64,000 nt of DNA from Candidatus Latescibacterota bacterium. Its GTDB lineage: Bacteria > Latescibacterota > UBA2968 > UBA8231. Below, in pieces: positions 59,229 to 64,000 of the stretch. The notes below the pieces were generated by a model that did no database searches, was not told the DNA's origin, and was given only the letters and a program-made list of their open reading frames with translations. Positions within the stretch are counted from its first letter, which is position 1, and each line of letters opens with the position of its first letter. The stretch lies in the NCBI GenBank assembly GCA_965223905.1, contig CBDCXV010000011.1, positions 64,001 to 128,000 of the forward strand, read 5' to 3'. Position numbers and translations under genes: made by a program.

Positions 59229-60901
59229 GGGTGTGCCGTCTCCCTGGGCACGCCAACCTGATGCGGTTCTGCCAGAGTCACGTCTTCTTCTTCGTAAGCG
59301 TACGCCTCGGAAGTAACTATTGGCGTGCTTTCGAAATTGTGCGCCGGGGGAGGGGAGGCAAGCAATTCCCACTCCAGCCCTTTTGCTTTCCACGGATTGG
59401 CGCCTGCCCGCCGACCTCTGAAGAGCGACCAGACAAGGGTAATCATCATTATCGCGTACCCGACTCCAAGCACGGAGGCTCCGGCAGTGGACATCACGTG
59501 CAGGATCTGCCATTCGTCGGGATACACGTGGTACCGACGAGGCATGCCGAGGTAACCGAGCACGAACTGGGGGAAGAAGGTGAAGTTGAAACCGGAAAAA
59601 ATCAGCACCGCACCTATTTTGCCCCACCCTTCGGAGTACATACGGCCTGTGATCTTCGGCCACCAGAAGTGCAGGCCACTCATGAAAGCCATCACCATGC
59701 CGCCGACCATCACGTAGTGAAAATGGGCGACGATGAAGTAGGTGTCGTGCAGGTGAATAACGGTGCCCAGAGTAGAAAGGAATAGTCCCGTCAGTCCGCC
59801 GATCAGAAACAGGCCGATGAAGCCGAGGGCATACAGCATCGGTGACTCAAGGGAGACCGAGCCGCGATACATCGTCGCCGTCCAGTTGAAAATTTTCACC
59901 GCCGTGGGAACGGCGATCAGAAAGGTTATGAACGAGAACACCATGCCGGCATACAGCGATTGCCCGGTCGTGAACATGTGGTGTCCCCAGACGAGGAATC
60001 CCAGTACCGCGATCGCCAGACTCGAGAAGGCCACAAAGGAGTATCCGAAAACCCGCTTGCGACAGAAGCAGGCGATGACATCGCTGATTACCCCGAACCC
60101 GGGCACGATCATGATGTAAACGGCAGGGTGCGAGTAGAACCAGAACATGTGCTGGAATAACACGGGATCGCCGCCGAGAGCTGGGTCGAAAATGCCGATA
60201 CCGAAGCCGCGCTCCAGAGCGAGAAGCAAAAGGGTGATCGCTACCACCGGGGTACCCAGCACCATGATCAGGCTGGTTGCGTACTGCGCCCAAATGAACA
60301 GCGGCAGGCGAAACCACGTCATGCCGGGAGCGCGCATCTTGTGAACGGTAGTGAGAAAGTTGACTCCCGTCAGGATCGACGAGAAACCATTGATGAACAC
60401 CCCAACCAATGCGAGAATCACGAAGGAGTTGGAATAGGTGCTGCTGTAGGGGGTGTAGAAGGTCCAGCCGGTATCGACGCCTCCCATGATGATCGCCAAG
60501 GTCGCAAAAGAACCTCCGACTACGTAGCAGTACCAGCTCGTGAGATTGATTTTGGGAAACGCGACGTCCCGGGCGCCGATCTGTAACGGAATGCAGAAGT
60601 TGCCGAGCACGGCCGGCACGGACGGGATAAGGAAGAAGAAGATCATGGCCACACCGTGCATAGTGAACAGCTTGTTGTACGTCTCGGCCTCGACCAGGTC
60701 GCCTTCCGGGGTCAATAGCTCGAGCCTGATCAGCGAGGCAAAAACGCTGCCGATCAGGAAGAACAGGGTGAGAACGACCAGGTAGAGAATCCCGACCCGT
60801 TTGTGATCCATCGTCAGGAGCCAGGACTTTATGCCGTAGGAGGCGTTCAGGTAGTTCGACGGCCGACCGTTGCCCACTGTCTCAGCCACGGTAGTAGTCA
60901 T
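59225..60901 (-). CDS. ctaD: cytochrome c oxidase subunit I (type A2)
   Basis: WFYSHPAVY (A2 YS motif), VWGHHM, AHFHY, GMPRRY. Confidence 0.97.
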   Translation of the reverse strand: MTTTVAETVGNGRPSNYLNASYGIKSWLLTMDHKRVGILYLVVLTLFFLIGSVFASLIRLELLTPEGDLVEAETYNKLFTMHGVAMIFFFLIPSVPAVLGNFCIPLQIGARDVAFPKINLTSWYCYVVGGSFATLAIIMGGVDTGWTFYTPYSSTYSNSFVILALVGVFINGFSSILTGVNFLTTVHKMRAPGMTWFRLPLFIWAQYATSLIMVLGTPVVAITLLLLALERGFGIGIFDPALGGDPVLFQHMFWFYSHPAVYIMIVPGFGVISDVIACFCRKRVFGYSFVAFSSLAIAVLGFLVWGHHMFTTGQSLYAGMVFSFITFLIAVPTAVKIFNWTATMYRGSVSLESPMLYALGFIGLFLIGGLTGLFLSTLGTVIHLHDTYFIVAHFHYVMVGGMVMAFMSGLHFWWPKITGRMYSEGWGKIGAVLIFSGFNFTFFPQFVLGYLGMPRRYHVYPDEWQILHVMSTAGASVLGVGYAIMMITLVWSLFRGRRAGANPWKAKGLEWELLASPPPAHNFESTPIVTSEAYAYEEEDVTLAEPHQVGVPRETAHP

Positions 60902-60935
60902 GATACCGCCTCGGTTGTACGCGATCGCTGCATAC

Positions 60936-61871
60936 CTATTCGCTCTCGCTGAGAGATTTGATGTAGGTGATGATCTGGAGCAAAGTTTCTTCGCTTATCT
61001 GTCCCTGGAACGTCGGCATGATCGGTTTGTACCCGTTTACTATCTTCGTCTGGGGGTTCAGCACCGACTCGCGAATATAGGCTTCGTCGGCGACCACTGT
61101 CTCTCCCGACTCGAGCTGCACTGGATTGCCGAAGACCCCCACCAAAGTGGGTCCCCTTCCGATCGATTCCGCCTTGTGACATGTATGACAACCCAGCTGC
61201 TGGAACTGGCGCTCGCCCGCTTCTGCCATGGTTTCGCCACCGACACCGCCGCTCAACCAGTTCTGGTACGCGTCGGGCTCCATCACTACGACCTTCCCAA
61301 CCATGGTCGAGTGCTGTGTGCCGCAATACTCGGCGCAGAAGAGGTGGTACTCACCCAGCTTCGTCGCCTCGAACCACATGGTCGTGTAGCGGCCCGGTAC
61401 GACATCCCGCTTCGTGCGGAAAGCAGGGACTGAAAAGGCATGGATGACATCTTCTGATGTCATCGTCATGCGCACGGGAACACCAATTGGAACATGGAGC
61501 TCGTTGATCTCTCGCTTTCCCTGGGGATGCTGGATTTTCCACATCCACTGTTTGCCAATTGCGTAGACGTCGATGCCGTCCCCGGGCATGCGGTAAAGCC
61601 GGAAATAGACGTCGGCTCCGAGGGTGAATACCCCTAGGGACATGACAAGGGGAACGATGCTCCAAGCCAGCTCCAATGGAATCGAGCCATGGACGGGTTT
61701 CGGGCGCTCGTCGTCTGAGCGGCGCCTGTACTTGATCGCAAACACGACGATGGCGCCGGTAACTCCTGCAGTAAATAGGACCGACAAAGCAACCAGCAGG
61801 AAGTACAACGCGTCCACTTGCCACGCGAACGTGGAGGCGAGTTCAGGGTGCAGTTGGAAATCTTTCGACAT
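60936..61871 (-). CDS. ctaC: cytochrome c oxidase subunit II with fused cytochrome c (caa3)
   Basis: [16 protein letters not shown] CuA site, CHTCH heme c. Confidence 0.95.
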   Translation of the reverse strand: MSKDFQLHPELASTFAWQVDALYFLLVALSVLFTAGVTGAIVVFAIKYRRRSDDERPKPVHGSIPLELAWSIVPLVMSLGVFTLGADVYFRLYRMPGDGIDVYAIGKQWMWKIQHPQGKREINELHVPIGVPVRMTMTSEDVIHAFSVPAFRTKRDVVPGRYTTMWFEATKLGEYHLFCAEYCGTQHSTMVGKVVVMEPDAYQNWLSGGVGGETMAEAGERQFQQLGCHTCHKAESIGRGPTLVGVFGNPVQLESGETVVADEAYIRESVLNPQTKIVNGYKPIMPTFQGQISEETLLQIITYIKSLSESE

Positions 61872-61895
61872 TTGGCGAATTGGCGGCTTAGCGGC

Positions 61896-62759
61896 TTAGT
61901 TGGTATTCGCGAGCGGCGAGACGCCGTTCCCTTCCAGCGGCCGGGAATGGCGCCGCTCTCGCCGCAGCATGGCACCGACAAAAACCGCCAGCCCGAAAAC
62001 TGTGACGACCCCCGCAACGCGTAAGGAGTTGAGAACTGCGAGGGTGTACTTGCCAGTTGCCGGATCGTACTGAAAACAGAGCAGCAGAATCTGGTCAACC
62101 GGATTTCCGATGCGATTCTCAGAAGCCTCGATCAGTCCTAGCCGGAGATCTTTTGGTGCGTATTCGACTCCGTAGAAGTACCGGGAGAGCTCGCCCTGTG
62201 GGGTGACGATCATGATGCCACTGGCGTGAGTATAGAGATCCGTCTCTTCGTCGTACTGGTAACGGAACCCGACTGACTCGGCAAGCTGTTCGATCTTCTC
62301 ATCTGATCCGGTCAGGAAATGCCACCCTCTGGAGCCTGTGTCTCGGCGGTATTTTTCGGTGTATTCCCGTTTCTTTGCAGCGGCCAAGGAAGCACTTTCT
62401 CCTGGGTCGATACTCACTGTGACGACGTCAAATTCCTCGCCCACACTGAAAGCCAGCACTCTGAGGCTTCGCAACAGTCCGTTGAGCACTTGGGTGCACA
62501 ACATCGGGCACTCATAGTACACCAGCGCAAACACTACCGGTTTGGGGCCGAAGTAGTCGCCAAGGGCAACAGTTCTACCCGTTTCGTCCACAAACGTCAA
62601 GCCGAGCGGCAAATGCTCTCCCAGGCGCTGCTCAATACCGATTTCGTCCCCGACCCCGCTCTCCAGCCGCTGAGCATCAGCCGGAGACAAAGCCAGCAAA
62701 ACAGCGGTTATCAGCACCGCCCCGGGTTTTTCCGGCATCAGCGTTCCGGGAGCCGCCAT
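61896..62759 (-). CDS. SCO-family copper chaperone
   Basis: YYECPMLC motif, HASG, C-terminal TM. Confidence 0.9.
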   Translation of the reverse strand: MAAPGTLMPEKPGAVLITAVLLALSPADAQRLESGVGDEIGIEQRLGEHLPLGLTFVDETGRTVALGDYFGPKPVVFALVYYECPMLCTQVLNGLLRSLRVLAFSVGEEFDVVTVSIDPGESASLAAAKKREYTEKYRRDTGSRGWHFLTGSDEKIEQLAESVGFRYQYDEETDLYTHASGIMIVTPQGELSRYFYGVEYAPKDLRLGLIEASENRIGNPVDQILLLCFQYDPATGKYTLAVLNSLRVAGVVTVFGLAVFVGAMLRRERRHSRPLEGNGVSPLANTN

Positions 62760-62762
62760 TTG

Positions 62763-63185
62763 CTATTTCTCCGCCTCGTCGGTCGGTACGACGCTGCCGG
62801 TCTTTTCCGGAAGACCTCGCTCGGCGAGGATTTCGATTGCCCGAGCAATCGGGATCCGAACCATTCCCTGGTCGCGGTCGACCCAGTCGTAAGTTATCAG
62901 GACGTGATCCTCGATCTCCCGCAGCGACCGTTTCTGTTTGGGAGGATCTACCTGGATCCTCGGTTCGGAGCTCACAGCTCGGGTTTGTGAAAGCGGATGA
63001 GGCTCGGGCTCCAAAAGCGGCTGGTAATAGTTGAGAACCTTGAAAAGTACGACGATGCCGACAAAGGTACCGGTTACGAGCACGGCCATTGCAATGCCGA
63101 CGTTGACAAGCGGTTTCGGAGCGGCATCGGTGATCTCGTGTCCGGCGGCTTCCGAGGTATGGTGATCAGCCCCGTGCTCAGCCAT
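62763..63185 (-). CDS. ActG-like alternative complex III small subunit
   Basis: Single TM, PRIQ, YDWVDR..G.VRIPIARA motif; lies between actF and SCO. Confidence 0.65.
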   Translation of the reverse strand: MAEHGADHHTSEAAGHEITDAAPKPLVNVGIAMAVLVTGTFVGIVVLFKVLNYYQPLLEPEPHPLSQTRAVSSEPRIQVDPPKQKRSLREIEDHVLITYDWVDRDQGMVRIPIARAIEILAERGLPEKTGSVVPTDEAEK

Positions 63186-64000
63186 GGTGATCCTCGTCTG
63201 CCTCGGCAGCTATCTCTTCGAAATTGAAACGCGGGTCGTTCAGCGGTACCAGTGATCGTTTCTTGAGTTGCCCGAAAAACACGTAGAACCACAATCCTCC
63301 CAAACCGACAGGGATGGATATGTCCATCCAGCTCAGGGTGACCTCAGGTTTGCCCAGGGCCGGCGCGGTGATCCAGAACAGATCGACCAGACGCATGACG
63401 ATCAGCCCCGCGGCCAGTGTACAGAGGACGGGGATTCTCGCCTTGATCCGGCTCGAAACCAGAAGCACAAACGGAAAGGCGAAATGCAGGAGTATGAGTG
63501 CGTACCCGACATTCTGCCAACCCCCTTTGAGGCGGGTGTAGTACCAGGTGATTTCCTCGGGCAGATTGCCGGCCCAGATGATCAGCAGCTGGGAAAAGGA
63601 GGTGTACGCCCACAACATCACGAAGCCGAGCATCAGAGTTCCCAGATCTCTAAGGCGTTCGTTCGTCAACAGCGCATTGAGCGGGGCGCGTTTGGACAAG
63701 CTGACTGCGATGAGGATCATGAAGGCCCAAGTCAACAGGATCTGGCCGATGATGTAGATGGCGGCGTAGATGGTGGAGAACCAGTGGGGCTCAAGCGACA
63801 TTATCCAGTCGATTGCAGCAAATGTTGTCACCACCACGAAAATTACGACTCCTGGGCCGCTGAGTACCTGCAGTCTGCGAGTCGGGTAGGTCTGATCGGA
63901 GATGTCCTGCTGGGCAGACCAGCGATTCAGGAAAAAAGCGAGCGTTCCCCAGATTGCGAAATAAAGGACCGTCCTGATAATGAAGAACGTCGGGTTCAGG
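63178..64000 (-). CDS. actF: alternative complex III subunit ActF (partial, runs off the window)
   Basis: DWIMSLEPHWFSTIY, DLGTLM..F..LWAY..FSQ.LIIW.GNLPEE. Confidence 0.85.
   Translation of the reverse strand, partial: LNPTFFIIRTVLYFAIWGTLAFFLNRWSAQQDISDQTYPTRRLQVLSGPGVVIFVVVTTFAAIDWIMSLEPHWFSTIYAAIYIIGQILLTWAFMILIAVSLSKRAPLNALLTNERLRDLGTLMLGFVMLWAYTSFSQLLIIWAGNLPEEITWYYTRLKGGWQNVGYALILLHFAFPFVLLVSSRIKARIPVLCTLAAGLIVMRLVDLFWITAPALGKPEVTLSWMDISIPVGLGGLWFYVFFGQLKKRSLVPLNDPRFNFEEIAAEADEDHHG

Overview
GC-rich bacterial window. The gene families, the C-terminal TWGRIK-tail proteins and the DUF6785, Gfo/Idh/MocA and creatininase genes suggest an uncultured Latescibacterota/Gemmatimonadota-like (FCB) organism; this is an inference. 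Four parts: (1) 1-5.6 kb has a leftward sigma54 promoter with enhancer-like repeats, gene remnants, and a 5'-truncated kinase-fold/Omp85 + DUF4956 + SdiA-regulated operon. (2) 5.9-21.6 kb holds very GC-rich accessory genes: an internally duplicated CPBP protease, an MntA/HepT toxin-antitoxin pair, DUF72, an amidase-GNAT-oxidoreductase-creatininase operon, nadC and DUF6785. (3) 21.8-32.7 kb is a plastic island with hicB-hicA, a tandem array of three paralogous secreted proteins (conserved C-terminal TWGRIK motif, structured spacers), decayed ISKra4, IS1380, IS481, ISLre2-like and IS66 elements, and a complete but ORF-less group II intron. (4) 33-64 kb is core-like: lepA-lepB-hemW-thrB, tRNA-Tyr, mdh, argG with tandem ARG boxes, an orphan MotA/TolQ/ExbB-like module, sugar catabolism genes, tRNA-Lys, ppgK, an orphan groES, and a caa3 oxidase / alternative complex III operon. 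Frameshifts are frequent, and decay cannot be told apart from long-read error here. Best novelty candidates: the TWGRIK paralog array and tail, the orphan ExbB-like motor module, and the ORF-less intron.
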